A stretch of 63,144 bases of DNA, the filler included, from Octopus bimaculoides (taxonomy: Eukaryota): NCBI RefSeq assembly GCF_001194135.2. It is 6 parts of 6 records of this genome, joined end to end, with 100 filler letters (N's around TTAATTAATTAA, not from the genome) between each part and the next. Parts side by side here need not be neighbours in the genome. Positions count along the whole stretch, not along the records: positions 1 to 4,208 come from NC_068984.1; positions 4,309 to 21,152 come from NC_068985.1; 4 more parts are not named here. One strand, written 5' to 3'. Shown piece after piece: positions 1-14,390 of this stretch (positions within the stretch are counted from its first letter, which is position 1; each line of letters starts with the position of its first letter). A program made the position numbers and the translations under genes. The notes beneath the pieces are model-generated. The model was not told the origin of the DNA. It saw only the letters and a list, made by a program, of their open reading frames with translations, and searched no databases.

Positions 1-40
1 TTTGTCCCTTCTATGTTGAGCCATGTGTGGCTAATAAAGA

Positions 41-145
41 AACATATCTATCTATCTATCTATCTATATATCTACCTATCTACCTATCTATCTATCTATC
101 TCTCTATCTATCTATCTATCTGTCTGTCTGTCTGTCTGTCTGTCT
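41..145. repeat. (CTAT)n/(CTGT)n tetranucleotide microsatellite
   Basis: Direct reading; it explains the LSIY-repeat ORFs at 13..321 and 27..221. Confidence 0.95.
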
Positions 146-2360
146 ACATCGAACACCTTCCAATTATAGAAGAGATAACATTTCAACCAACTCTAAATGG
201 TATTTGTTTAGCTGCGAATAAGCTGAATAACAATAAGTCTTTACGAATCTGTGCAGAAGCCTTGAAATATGGGGGTGACAAAATACATGAACTTTTAAAT
301 ATATTAATTTCTCACTGTTGAAGCACTGAGAAAGTGCTTAAAAACTGGATTGATGCCATTTTAGGCTCCTTGTATAAACCGGGGCCAAAGGAGCTGTGAG
401 GCAATTTTCGTGGGATTTTACTTTTGTCTATGGTTGGAAAGGTACTTGCCCGCATTCTGATAGAATGTTTAAATACTTTTATAGTTCCAAATATGGTGTC
501 TGAGTCTCAGTGTGGTTTTCGCACCTCCAGGGGCACAGCTGATTGTATCTTTTCTACCAGACAATTGCAAGAACACTGCATTGAACAGAATATTGCCCTT
601 TACCATTGGTTTGTTGATTTTAGAAAAGCATTCGATACAGTTAAACGAAATGCTCTGTGGCTAATTCTAACGAAAATAGGTTTCACAGAAAAATGTGTAA
701 ACATGATCATGGCTTTACATCAAGATATGAAAGCTAGAGTTAATTTTGGTGACAGGTTCCTTGTAAGGAGACATTGATGCACCAACACTCTTTGCAGTAT
801 ATTTTGTTGTTGCATTGTCACACGCTTTTCAAAACTCCGAGGAGGGTATTTACATAAAATATAGAATAAAAGACAATTGCAGCGTGGAAGGTGTTTATAA
901 GCCATTTAAAATAACACACAGACTCCGTTAGATTCACTTCAACATTTAAATTTAATTTGTCAAAATATTTTCGTCGCTTTGAGGCCGCGACCTGTTCACT
1001 GACAAAAGTATGTGCANNNNNNNNNNNNNNNNNNNNNNNNNNNNNNNNNNNNNNNNNNNNNNNNNNNNNACTCCGTTAGATTCACTTCAACATTTAAATT
1101 TAATTTGTCAAAATATTTTCGTCGCTTTGAGGCCGCGACCTATTCACTGACAAAAGTATGTGCAAATGTCTTTAATCTAACCAGATTGAAATTCAAAACG
1201 AAGATTTTATTTCATTCAAGAGGGAACTCTTATACGCTGACGATTGCGGTTTAGCAAGTACTTCTGAAACATGTCTGCAATCTCATTTATCTGCATTTGC
1301 CTCAGCTTGTGATGATTTCGGCTTGACCAATAACTTGAATAAAACAGTTGTAATGTATCAACCAAATTTCTGCCAAGGTAAGTAACTTGAGGTTGTTGAT
1401 TCTTTCTTTTACCTTGGAAGCTCTGTACAAAATGACGAAAATTTGGACACATAAATATATCTGTGATTTCAGAGAGCTTCATAAGCATTTGGTGACTTGG
1501 AGTCACGCGTTTGGCGCCAAGGACATATAAATAACAATACAAAGCTGGCTCTTTACAAATTATTTGTCTTACCATCCCTGTTGTATTCTTTTGAGTCATG
1601 TAGGTGGTATGAAATGCCTTCATTGCATTAAATGGAACTCCTTTACTCAAAACACAGATGCCCTTGCATCCGCAGGCCTCACTTCAATTAAAGCAATGAT
1701 TTTGAAAAACTAAATGAGATGGTATGGCCATATTGTTGGAATGGTGGATGAACGAACATCGAAACAGTTTTTTATGGTGAGCTTGCAGGGGACAAACGCT
1801 ATCGGTGTAAACCTCAAAAAGTGAAGGGCGGTATAAGGTCTATCATGTAGTCACTTGGAGTAAATCCAGAGAACAGAAATTTTACACCGAATTGAACTGA
1901 AAGAGGTACACAAGTGTGGAATGGAGTGAAAGGGTTTCAAGAAGCCAGAATAACGCATGCAAAACGCAAGTGATATTTAAACAAGAATGTTATGACGAAT
2001 AAGGTGAATCACAATGACCATTTTGTGTGCACAGTTTGTGACAGACCATGCCTTTCTTTTGATGGGCTCAAATCCCATTTGCTAACCCATGGAAAACGAA
2101 CTCTACCAACTATTCTGCCTATGTGTCTTTGCACACCCTTCAATGCAATGTGTGCCAGAAGGTCTGTAAATCTAACGGAGGCCTCAAAAGACATTTCAAG
2201 ATTCACAAAGATCAAAACTTAATTGCAGCTTTTGGTGGCCCGAATTCGAGAGGCAATCTATGTGGGTATCTTTTCAAAACATTGTCTGGTTTAAAAAGCC
2301 AAATCAGATGCCATGATGGTCGAGGTACAGGAGGTAGTCAAATTTTGCATAAGGAGTAGA
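146..2360 (+). mobile_element. Degraded RTE-clade LINE (RT domain plus C-terminal zinc fingers)
   Basis: ORF 424-777 reads GKVLARIL...SESQCGFR..RGTADCIF..RQLQE.C.EQN...FVDFRKAFDTV (RT motifs). About 1720-1820 gives MRWYGHIV.M.DERT.KQ.FYGEL (RTE thumb/C-terminus). Many stops and frameshifts. Confidence 0.9.
2020..2315 (+). pseudogene. Three tandem C2H2-like zinc fingers at the LINE ORF2 C-terminus
   Basis: CTVCDRPCLSFDGLKSHLLTH, CNVCQKVCKSNGGLKRHFKIH and a degenerate LCGYLFKTLSGLKSQIRCH in ORFs 1992..2222 and 2123..2359. Confidence 0.7.
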
Positions 2361-4308
2361 CAACCACCATGTGTATANNNNNNNNNNNNNNNNNNNNNNN
2401 NNNNNNNNNNNNNNNNNNNNNNNNNNNNNNNNNNNNNNNNNNNNNNNNNNNNNNNNNNNNNNNNNNNNNNNNNNNNNNNNNNNNNNNNNNNNNNNNNNNN
2501 NNNNNNNNNNNNNNNNNNNNNNNNNNNNNNNNNNNNNNNNNNNNNNNNNNNNNNNNNNNNNNNNNNNNNNNNNNNNNNNNNNNNNNNNNNNNNNNNNNNN
2601 NNNNNNNNNNNNNNNNNNNNNNNNNNNNNNNNNNNNNNNNNNNNNNNNNNNNNNNNNNNNNNNNNNNNNNNNNNNNNNNNNNNNNNNNNNNNNNNNNNNN
2701 NNNNNNNNNATATATATATAAAGATATGAGGAAGAGAAGCTGAAATTGCAGGAGTGTTTTAAAAGTATTTATTAACTTGACCGCTTTCACATATTCAAAA
2801 AGGATTTTCAAAAGTAAAATGTGAGGCTTTGTGTATCCCCCGTGATCAGTCAGAAAAGGTTTACATAAAAAAACATTCAGATCAGTGAATAACATTCTTT
2901 TACAACGATAAGAGGATAAAGATTAGTTTACATGACTATATCTTGATCAATTAATAGAGTCTTTGACAAGAAAATAAAACGTCTCTTAGTTTGTCATGTT
3001 CTTATGTAAACTATCATTTGACTTGACTCATCACAGTATTGAGCAGTGGCTGTGATTGCTGATGTTGTGGTTGTTGTTTTTGTTGTTTTTGAAGCTTGAT
3101 TATAGTATCAGTAGAACATGAGGACAATGATGATGAGTGGACGGGACAGTAGTGGTATTCAGAGAAACGTGGAATGTGAAAGGCTTTTGAATGTAGAGTT
3201 TAATAGCTGAACCATTGTGCTAGTATTGAGGCCTGAACGGGGCTGCAGGTCATGTAGGTCATCGGCTTTTGTTTATATTGCAGTTGTTGTTGTTAAACTG
3301 TAGTTGAAGAAAATAAAACGTCGACATTTCTCAAAATGTCAGTGAATTCTTTTAAACGAGATTTTATTATACTTGATTTTGTTCTGCATTTCATACTCCG
3401 ATCGGTTATTGAACAGTTGAACTATCCTTTTGAGATATATTTGAACCATGAACCATCTGTGCTTTCAGTATGGGAAAAATGAAAAGCATGTATTTATGGC
3501 GATGTTGATTTTAGCCTTACACCACTTTTATTTCTTGTAAACCTGTTGTGTAGTCTTGAGTGAGAGTGAGGGTATAGCGTTGATGTATAGATGTGGAGGC
3601 AATAAACGCGTGAATGTTTCTATCTGGATGAGTACGTTCTAACGCATCAGTCTGTGAGATCAATATAACTCTATTTTTTAACTATTTTTAGCTAGAGCGT
3701 TGCGGCCTTGCTGGGGCACCGCAGCTAACTTGGGTGCAACTTCACTACCTGACACCTCCACTGAAACGTGGAATTTGACCACAGTTATGAACAGTATACA
3801 TTACCGTATATATATATATATATTAGTGACAAAATCCAAAATTACAGGTAAAAAACTAAATTAAAATCGATTTATAAAAAATTAAAATTAAATTGAGCCT
3901 TATAGATAAAGTATATATAAAATATATAGTTTTAGGGAAAATAACCAATTTTCAAGAACTCATCGATGAAAATCCACTACCACATATAGGAAAATTTATA
4001 ATTAAAAGAACAATAAATGAGTATAATATAAAGTAAAGTAAATATCATAAGATAAATATAATAAAAAGATTACACGTGTTTCATAACCAATTTTCAAATA
4101 GAAAAGAAATGTAAATCGATTAAAATCAATTGAAATTATCGAAAATAAGTTCTATTCAAAAATATAGTAACTCGTCAGATCGTAAGTAGAACAATAATTA
4201 GATATATANNNNNNNNNNNNNNNNNNNNNNNNNNNNNNNNNNNNNNNNNNNNTTAATTAATTAANNNNNNNNNNNNNNNNNNNNNNNNNNNNNNNNNNNN
4301 NNNNNNNN

Positions 4309-4341
<33 letters not shown>

Positions 4342-4551
4342 ACACACACACGCAACACACACACATATTCTACCAGCCGTAACCTGGCTTTTGCACTATT
4401 TTCTATACTGAGGGGAAATACTAAGTGTTAAGTTTTTACTCTTTGTTCACTAGAAGAAACGAGGATTTTTACCTGACGTAACGGTTTTGTTCCTCAATAA
4501 AAACACACCTGAAACAGCTTACTGAACCTCAACCCATCTGTGTTATTGTTC

Positions 4552-4593
<42 letters not shown>

Positions 4594-5810
4594 ACAAATA
4601 CATGTCTATATGTATTGCTGGTGGGTGTTCACATGCATATAGGTGAGTATAGATATGTATGAGTTGGTGCCATATATATATAAATACAGAAATGAATACC
4701 TAATATAAATAGATACGTATGTATATGCGTGAGAGTGAATTTGTAAATAAGCGTGTGTATGCATGTAATAACAAGTAAATATTGATATCGTTATATTATT
4801 TGTAACCAGCCAAGTATCACAGTCCTGTCGTAATTACATATGGTCTGCGTATCAGTCTGAGACTATTTAAAATTATCAAATTTTAGTTTAGGTGAAGAAC
4901 TATAGCCGTCTGTCTTTCTAAATAATTCGAGAGCAAAAGCATTGTGGTTATTTGTAAACGAGACTAGTTTATTGGTCAAAATGTGTCTTCTTGGATGTAA
5001 ATTTGTCCATGTGCTTCAATTTAGCTTTCAAATTACAAGTGCGAATTCCATTTGACGTTCTCGTTGAAGAATGACCGTACCTGTATTATAAAGTCTTTTG
5101 AATAATTAATCCAGTCTTTAGGAGTGTCTGTAATAATAGTTCACAGTTGTATTTGATGATACATTCATTGTTACCTTATGGACCGGATGTATCGCCCAGT
5201 TGTTTGCATGCAACAGATTTACTCGTTCGAAACCGAATTAACTACTTAAGGATAGCGGACAAGTGTTGAAGGCATGGGAAGAAAGGAAATGAAAAGAGTT
5301 TACTATGGATGTTTGAATGTGAGAAAGGAAATGATATGAGTATATCGCAAACGGTTATTGGCTCAGTACCTTCAAGGGATCAAAATGTTTGGAGCTGGAA
5401 TACATCCGGAACAAGGATGTGTTCAAAGGAAGGCGGATGAATTTGTCTTGTATTCAAACAAGAAAAGAAAGCTTCTTTTCTACTCTTTAGAATATAAGCA
5501 GAGACGGGCCAGTATCTTAAGCTTTTCAATGTTTCCCATACACATTATAATTACTGCGGCATTCGTGGTATTTATTTGCCCGTGCAAATAGTGTACGCGC
5601 GTGTATGTGCGTGTGTATGTGTGTGTGTTTATGCATGTGTACGTATGTGTAAAGGGAAGATAAACAGGTGAAATAAGGCGGCATATTATTCGACATTATC
5701 GGATATAGGATTTATAAGAGCAAAGTGTTTGCACAAAAATGCATCTTTATATGTATTAATTGTTGATATACATCGCATGGGGAGACGGGAAGAGACTAAA
5801 AGTGACATCC

Positions 5811-5851
<41 letters not shown>

Positions 5852-7589
5852 GGGGAGGCGGAGAGTTAGCATAAGATGTGCAAGATGAGTACACATAGGA
5901 GGCTTCGTTGCAGTCAAGGATAACTTTTAAAAATTTACAATTTTTAATAAAATTTCTCAGTGATATCTTTTCGATGGAGTAGATTGCGGTTATAGTGAGA
6001 AAATTCAGGAAAAAATAATAACAGCATATTGATTACAAATATATGAGAAATCTGTTTTATTTAATTTTATTTTAAGGTAATAAATATTTTTCTTTTGAAA
6101 ATTAGTGTCCATTTCATCATTTTGTATAAGCTCCAATAAATTTAATAAAAGCTAAATTNNNNNNNNNNNNNNNNNNNNNNNNNNNNNNNNNNNNNNNNNN
6201 NNNNNNNNNNNNNNNNNNNNNNNNNNNNNNNNNNNNNNNNNNNNNNNNNNNNNNNNNNNNNNNNNNNNNNNNNNNNNNNNNNNNNNNNNNNNNNNNNNNN
6301 NNNNNNNNNNNNNNNNNNNNNNNNNNNNNNNNNNNNNNNNNNNNNNNNNNNNNNNNNNNNNNNNNNNNNNNNNNNNNNNNNNNNNNNNNNNNNNNNNNNN
6401 NNNNNNNNNNNNNNNNNNNNNNNNNNNNNNNNNNNNNNNNNNNNNNNNNNNNNNNNNNNNNNNNNNNNNNNNNNNNNNNNNNNNNNNNNNNNNNNNNNNN
6501 NNNNNNNNNNNNNNNNNNNNNNNNNNNNNNNNNNNNNNNNNNNNNNNNNNNNNNNNNNNNNNNNNNNNNNNNNNNNNNNNNNNNNNNNNNNNNNNNNNNN
6601 NNNNNNNNNNNNNNNNNNNNNNNNNNNNNNNNNNNNNNNNNNNNNNNNNNNNNNNNNNNNNNNNNNNNNNNNNNNNNNNNNNNNNNNNNNNNNNNNNNNN
6701 NNNNNNNNNNNNNNNNNNNNNNNNNNNNNNNNNNNNNNNNNNNNNNNNNNNNNNNNNNNNNNNNNNNNNNNNNNNNNNNNNNNNNNNNNNNNNNNNNNNN
6801 NNNNNNNNNNNNNNNNNNNNNNNGGGACAATAATTTATTTATAATATTTTAGCAGGATTAAAAGCTTGAATTTAAAATGAGAAAATAACGAAGATGCATA
6901 TAATATATATAACTCTATGTTATAGCTTTAAAGCTGTGGTCATGCTGGGGCACCATTTTCTTTTTTTTTTTTGGCTTATAGTATTACGAAGGCTAGTCGT
7001 AGGTAATCATGTGTAGCACCATTTCATTCTTTTTGGACTTCATCAGCATTACATAAACCGAGGTCTATAAATTATGAATTTTATGAAGCCTGACATTTCA
7101 TTAAAAATGGAACATTATTACAGTCAGATAGAAATTCATGGAATGTGTAATTTATTTCCCCTTTCTTTCTGGAATGCTAGTAACTTAGCAAACCATCTCA
7201 TCATGAGTAACAACATTCTAGAAATGAACACGAAGAAATTAGATATCTGGATAATAAATATATAAATAGATACATAATACTTCCATCCATAGTAGAATTT
7301 TATTAACACTCACAGTTAAAACAATTTTTTTCTATCTTTCATTGTATGATTTATGCACATATAGGATCTAACATTTGATTCGCGTGATAAAAAGATTTCA
7401 AATAATCTTTGCTCCAAATAAAGATCTAAAATATTAGTTTTGTTACATCTAGATTTAAATTTTCCTTCCACGGCTCTAATATAAAGTTTGATACCTGTAA
7501 GACTGTGCTTCATAAACAACTAAAGATATACCGCACTACTGTCTTAGGGGACATTTAAATTTGTTTCTGCAAGTGCATCCGGGACAGGC

Positions 7590-7960
7590 TTGAATCGTCT
7601 ATTGCTCATTGATATAGCATTAGGGAAAGAAAGGGTATCTTTTATTGTGTGCCTGTTAAAGATCTTATTGTATCTCGATATAACACCCATCATTCGAATT
7701 TTAGGTACCGTGATAAGAGGCATTCAGCAACCCTTTCGGTTTTAATCTGGAATCTTAAAAACGAATGGACCAATTTCGATATCAAATGGAGAATTCTCTC
7801 TCTAAGTCCTGACTCTATATAAACGGGTATAGGAAATGTTCAGTGTGTTCGCTTGAAAAACGTTATCTAGTAAAACACTTGAGAACTCCCAACAAATACA
7901 TAAATTCGAGAAACGAATGTCCACATTTCGGAAAATTCATCTTGCCAGAATTTAAAAGTA
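7590..7960 (+). mobile_element. Penelope-like element relic (GIY-YIG endonuclease C-terminal region)
   Basis: Translates SRYNTHHSNFRYRDKRHSATLSVLIWNLKNEWTNFDIKWRIL and later NSRNECPHFGKFIL, resembling the Penelope R Y..H...F / LS..IW.LK.....IKW.IL / C.H..KF signature. Confidence 0.65.
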
Positions 7961-8281
7961 GACCATCGGACACTTATATAACGATTAACATCTGATTTAT
8001 ATCTGCTTGACATCGAATTATAGTGACATGAGTTATCTCCCTTGTGTTGTTTCCCTTTACAAGCGTCTGTTTAAAGTTACCTTCTCAAAAAAAATCAACT
8101 GACAAACGATCTTGTTTCAGCTTGATGAATGGCAGAATAAATTGTTATTTCGACCAGGAAACCCTGGGTAGCTATTTACAGATTGCATAACTATGATTTT
8201 CTTGCACTTTCTATCTGCTAAGTATGAACATTACAATCATTACGCAATTCCGAGTTTCCATAAAAAGGTGTCAGGTTAAAA

Positions 8282-8317
<36 letters not shown>

Positions 8318-8550
8318 TAACAATATTTTATTCTCCGATTTGAAGTGACAATTTTTAAATGAAAACAAATGACCACAATCGAACCCATAAATCGACGCTA
8401 ATACGGCTCCATGCGCATCCGATTTGGGCAAACGCTCCCCCATCAATTTCAGCTAAATTTAATTAACATATACTTAAAGTTAAAGTTTATATGTTTACAA
8501 ATATTAAATGTAGTATTAGACACTTTAATTCCTAAATTGTCTAATCCTAC

Positions 8551-8763
8551 ATATAATATTTGAAAACAAACGCGATAGGCATTGTAAGTTACAGAGAGAA
8601 AGCCAGTATGGAAGACTCATAGTATTATAACTGTATAATAACTTATCATAATAATATTTTATTCTCCGATTTGAAAATGAAAATTATTATACTATGAGTC
8701 TTCCATAGTAGATTTCTCTCCGTAACTTTTAAAGCTTTTCGCGTTTGTTTACAAGTATTATAT
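8551..8763. repeat. Imperfect inverted repeat with about 80-bp arms (MITE/foldback-like)
   Basis: 8551-8630 (aaacaaacgcga...gtaagttacagagagaaagccagtatggaagactcatagtattataa) is the reverse complement of 8684-8763 (ttattatactatgagtcttccatagtagatttctctccgtaactt...tcgcgtttgttt). Confidence 0.85.
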
Positions 8764-9251
8764 ATATACACACATCTATGTGTATTCTTTTACGTGTTCC
8801 GGTCATTTGAGCGTGACCATGCTGGAGTACCGCCTTATACGTTTATATATGTCAAACATTATCATGTTTAAACTGCGTCAGTATCTCCATATCACCTCAC
8901 CTGGATTTTTCTTATAAACACTTATGACCTTGTGAACTGCGTACTTGAAAAACTTTTTGGGGTTTAAGTTCGAATCATTTGAGCACTACTGCGTATTTTC
9001 TATACTGAGCGTGTAAAGCTCTCACCTTTTAACTGAATGTATGTATGAATGTATGTACGTACGTACGTATGTACGTATGTACGTATGTATACACACACAT
9101 AAACACACGTATATTCATGCGTATATGTGATATGATAATATCATAATTTTTCTTACACTCTAGGACATAGAAATCAATCATTAATTTCTGGGTCCAGTAT
9201 AAATTTACCATTACACAGTACAACCGTACATCTAGTCGTCTAATCGTGCTA

Positions 9252-9287
<36 letters not shown>

Positions 9288-9900
9288 NNNNNNNNNNNNN
9301 NNNNNNNNNNNNNNNNNNNNNNNNNNNNNNNNNNNNNNNNNNNNNNNNNNNNNNNNNNNNNNNNNNNNNNNNNNNNNNNNNNNNNNNNNNNNNNNNNNNN
9401 NNNATATATATATATATATATATATAATAAATAGAAACATATATATCTCTGTCTGTGTCTTTGTAAATATAGAGGATTTTCGAATCAGAAATTTAATATT
9501 ACGATATAATATATACATATATACATATATATATGTGCGTGTATGTGTATATCTATGTAAGGTTGTGTGCATTTATGTAAGTTTTGTGTTTGCTTTTATG
9601 CGTCTGTACAGTCATTCTCACACACATAAAAGTGATACGTTCTTTATCACTTTATTTCGGTTATTATCGCTTCACTTTTGCTACAGGACATATAGATCAT
9701 GAGTTATTGTCTGGGGATCACGGTGAATTTGCCACCTCACAATATAATATCTACCTAAGTAATGTCTCTTCCACGAATTTAGTAAATACGTGCTTATAAT
9801 GATATAAATGTACATGTTGGTAGGTACGTATGTATGTACGCATGCATGTATAAATCATGTGTGTATACAAGTGTGCATATATGAACATGTATATATATAA

Positions 9901-9958
<58 letters not shown>

Positions 9959-11152
9959 ACACGTGTCTGTGCGTGTGTGTGTGGGGGGGCGTGTAAAATT
10001 TCTCATCATAGGTGTTTCATATATCATCCCGTCTATGGAGATGTGAGTGGGAATATTTATTTTGTCTGCTTGTGTCAGTTTGTGCCAGTGTATATGTGTG
10101 CATGTGTGCGTGTTTGTGTACATGTGTGTGTGCATGTGTGTGTGTATGTGTGTGCGTGTGTGTGTCTGTGTGCGTGAGGAGAAGCGTGTTTTCTGTCTGT
10201 ATGTGCTTCTGCATGTGTCCCTGTTTATGCAAATAGTCTATATGCTTCGATACGCATTGACGTTTCTTATATGTTCTACGATATAAATTTTTGAAGTGTG
10301 ATTCCGAATTTTTTTATACACGCTGTGAGAGAGAGAAAGAAAGAGAGACAGAGACAGAGAGATACACACATACAGAAACACACGCACGCATATAGAAATA
10401 CGCACATGCACACACACATACACATATAGATGTATGTACTGTTGCTTTCCTCTGCTTTTTGTGTCTTCGTTATGAAAATCTGTTATATGGACCCCAATTT
10501 AGAAACAAAGATTGTGCCATTGAAGCTCTAAATAATATTGTGGAAGTTGTTTCCAGATCGCGGAGGTTCCAGCTGAAGGGAAACTGTGAGGGTAGGTATT
10601 TCACCCTGTCTCTGCACCTAATGGAGTGCATGTGTCACAGGCGCATAATGCTTTATGAGTACAAAAAAAAAAGGAAACTCTGCAGCCGAAGGGACTCGAA
10701 GCAATTCACAGTCGACCAGTTAAAACTTGCCACCTACTTACCTTCTTTCGTGGTCCATTAAAAGCCCCATGACCTAAAAGCTGACACACCTAAATAAACA
10801 CACTTAATTACAAAGGTTTAAATACAGTCCGGAACTCAAAATGTTAGTCTTCACATTCTCAAAACAAAACGTATACCAACAACTTCCGCTTACCAACAGA
10901 CATCTTCCACCCAACTACATTCTTCTGTGAACCCTTATGACTTGAAGATGATACACATGAATAGACAACCAATAGAATTTCTTCGTGACACTTCTTCATT
11001 ACAGTCCGATAATGGTTCAGTTGTCCAGAACTTCGAAGTTACTGTCAATATTATACTTGTCACTGAATAATATCTGTACATATATGCATATACATGTGTG
11101 TGTGTCTGTATGTGTGTGCGTGTGTGCATATGTGTGTGTATGTACGGGTGCA

Positions 11153-11207
<55 letters not shown>

Positions 11208-12461
11208 NNNNNNNNNNNNNNNNNNNNNNNNNNNNNNNNNNNNNNNNNNNNNNNNNNNNNNNNNNNNNNNNNNNNNNNNNNNNNNNNNNNNNNNNNNNNN
11301 NNNNNNNNNNNNNNNNNNNNNNNNNNNNNNNNNNNNNNNNNNNNNNNNNNNNNNNNNNNNNNNNNNNNNNNNNNNNNNNNNNNNNNNNNNNNNNNNNNNN
11401 NNNNNNNNNNNNNNNNNNNNNNNNNNNNNNNNNNNNNNNNNNNNNNNNNNNNNNNNNNNNNNNNNNNNNNNNNNNNNNNNNNNNNNNNNNNNNNNNNNNN
11501 NNNNNNNNNNNNNNNNNNNNNNNNNNNNNNNNNNNNNNNNNNNNNNNNNNNNNNNNNNNNNNNNNNNNNNNNNNNNNNNNNNNNNNNNNNNNNNNNNNNN
11601 NNNNNNNNNNNNNNNNNNNNNNNNNNNNNNNNNNNNNNNNNNNNNNNNNNNNNNNNNNNNNNNNNNNNNNNNNNNNNNNNNNNNNNNNNNNNNNNNNNNN
11701 NNNNNNNNNNNNNNNNNNNNNNNNNNNNNNNNNNNNNNNNNNNNNNNNNNNNNNNNNNNNNNNNNNNNNNNNNNNNNNNNNNNNNNNNNNNNNNNNNNNN
11801 NNNNNNNNNNNNNNNNNNNNNNNNNNNNNNNNNNNNNNNNNNNNNNNNNNNNNNNNNNNNNNNNNNNNNNNNNNNNNNNNNNNNNNNNNNNNNNNNNNNN
11901 NNNNNNNNNNNNNNNNNNNNNNNNNNNNNNNNNNNNNNNNNNNNNNNNNNNNNNNNNNNNNNNNNNNNNNNNNNNNNNNNNNNNNNNNNNNNNNNNNNNN
12001 NNNNNNNNNNNNNNNNNNNNNNNNNNNNNNNNNNNNNNNNNNNNNNNNNNNNNNNNNNNNNNNNNNNNNNNNACAAGATATATTGATAAGAGATACAGAA
12101 AATATACATGTGCGTCGCGATTGAGAGAGAAAAGGAAAGAGAGATTAAAAGAGGACAAACCTGTTGTTACTATATTCTAACTATTTTCGGCTGAAGAGAC
12201 AAACATATTTGAATAATGTATATTAAATTGTCCGCTATGGAGCAAGCTATTCTGTATTACATTGTGAACATAACTGCATATCCATCCATCCATCCAGCCA
12301 GCCAGCCAGCCAGCCAGCATTATATACATACGTATATGCAATTACATGTTAACAAGCACTAATATATATGTGTATACATACATGTATACTTATATACATA
12401 TGCATACGTATATATTCTTTTATTTGTTTCTGCCATTTGACTGCGGCCATGCCGGAACACC

Positions 12462-12496
<35 letters not shown>

Positions 12497-12646
12497 GCAT
12501 ACATATACATGTGTATATATGTGTGTGTGTGTTTGTGTGTGTGTGTGCGCGTGTGTGTGTGCGTGTGTGTGTGTGTCTGTATCCATCCGCCCATCCATCC
12601 ACCCATCTGCCTATCCCTCTGTCTAACGATTTACTTATCTATCTAC

Positions 12647-12678
<32 letters not shown>

Positions 12679-12679
12679 G

Positions 12680-12726
<47 letters not shown>

Positions 12727-13943
12727 NNNNNNNNNNNNNNNNNNNNNNNNNNNNNNNNNNNNNNNNNNNNNNNNNNNNNNNNNNNNNNNNNNNNNNNNNN
12801 NNNNNNNNNNNNNNNNNNNNNNNNNNNNNNNNNNNNNNNNNNNNNNNNNNNNNNNNNNNNNNNNNNNNNNNNNNNNNNNNNNNNNNNNNNNNNNNNNNNN
12901 NNNNNNNNNNNNNNNNNNNNNNNNNNNNNNNNNNNNNNNNNNNNNNNNNNNNNNNNNNNNNNNNNNNNNNNNNNNNNNNNNNNNNNNNNNNNNNNNNNNN
13001 NNNNNNNNNNNNNNNNNNNNNNNNNNNNNNNNNNNNNNNNNNNNNNNNNNNNNNNNNNNNNNNNNNNNNNNNNNNNNNNNNNNNNNNNNNNNNNNNNNNN
13101 NNNNNNNNNNNNNNNNNNNNNNNNNNNNNNNNNNNNNNNNNNNNNNNNNNNNNNNNNNNNNNNNNNNNNNNNNNNNNNNNNNNNNNNNNNNNNNNNNNNN
13201 NNNNNNNNNNNNNNNNNNNNNNNNNNNNNNNNNNNNNNNNNNNNNNNNNNNNNNNNNNNNNNNNNNNNNNNNNNNNNNNNNNNNNNNNNNNNNNNNNNNN
13301 NNNNNNNNNNNNNNNNNNNNNNNNNNNNNNNNNNNNNNNNNNNNNNNNNNNNNNNNNNNNNNNNNNNNNNNNNNNNNNNNNNNNNNNNNNNNNNNNTATA
13401 TATATATATATATATATATATATAATGTGTGTGTGTCTATATTTAGGCAATGCCTATGAATGCGTTGGTATTCATTGTATATATGTGGTTACTTGTTTTA
13501 CGCTGAAGGAAACTGTTCCGAGAAACAAATGCACTGGAACAGAACAGCCACACAACTGGTGATACTCACACACACCTGCGCGCACAGACACGCACATGCA
13601 CACACACACATACACATACACATTTACATACACACACATGCACAGACACACACACGCATCCTCTACACACACGCACGCACCCACAGACATACATTCACAC
13701 ACGAGTTTAACCACCTGCTCCACTGTATAAACGACAAGAAAATCTTTAAAACAAAATATCTCTAAGCCAAGCGCGTTTATCTCAATTGCATTTATCTAGC
13801 GGCTAATCTCTTATCACAACAAGGGGATGTTTCACAGTTGCTATGGGATGAAAAATGTTTGCCGAGCCTCAGACCACACCTCTGTCTTCATCTCTACATA
13901 AATATACATCCATACACATAGAATCAGACACACACATATCTAT

Positions 13944-14027
<84 letters not shown>

Positions 14028-14204
14028 CACACACTCACATACACTTGCGCCCACAGCTTGAATTAACTGGGGATTTCAGACACGCATTCCTTAATACAAT
14101 GTGATGCCCTTGATCAGATAAAATTCAGGCTTGCTTGAATCTTCATGCTTTCGAAAATTTTCTCTTTAACTAATTTTGGCAAAGGCCAGCAATTAAGAGA
14201 GAAA

Positions 14205-14390
14205 AGAAAAAAATCGATTCCATCGACCTCAGTTCTCAACAGGTACTTATTTTATCGATCTCCAAAAGGTAAAAAATAAAGAGTCAACATCTGCGTAGTT
14301 TGAACTCAGAACGTTAAGAGTCCGGAGAAATGGTACTAATAATTTGTTATCCGTTGCGCTAGCGATTCTGCTCGCTCACTTCCTTACGTC
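14205..14390 (-). mobile_element. tRNA-derived SINE, family A (gttcaaattcc...cctttcggggtcgataaaataagtaccag type)
   Basis: Matches the many other copies in this window; B-box-like gttcaaa on the minus strand. Confidence 0.75.

Noticed and set aside
920-1165. Approx. 95-bp direct duplication flanking a gap in the RTE
   Set aside because: Contig-end overlap on either side of Ns; most likely an unmerged assembly overlap.
2740-3680. Possible minus-strand Penelope relic (FSFFPY-K-like remnant)
   Set aside because: Motif remnants too degraded to support a call.
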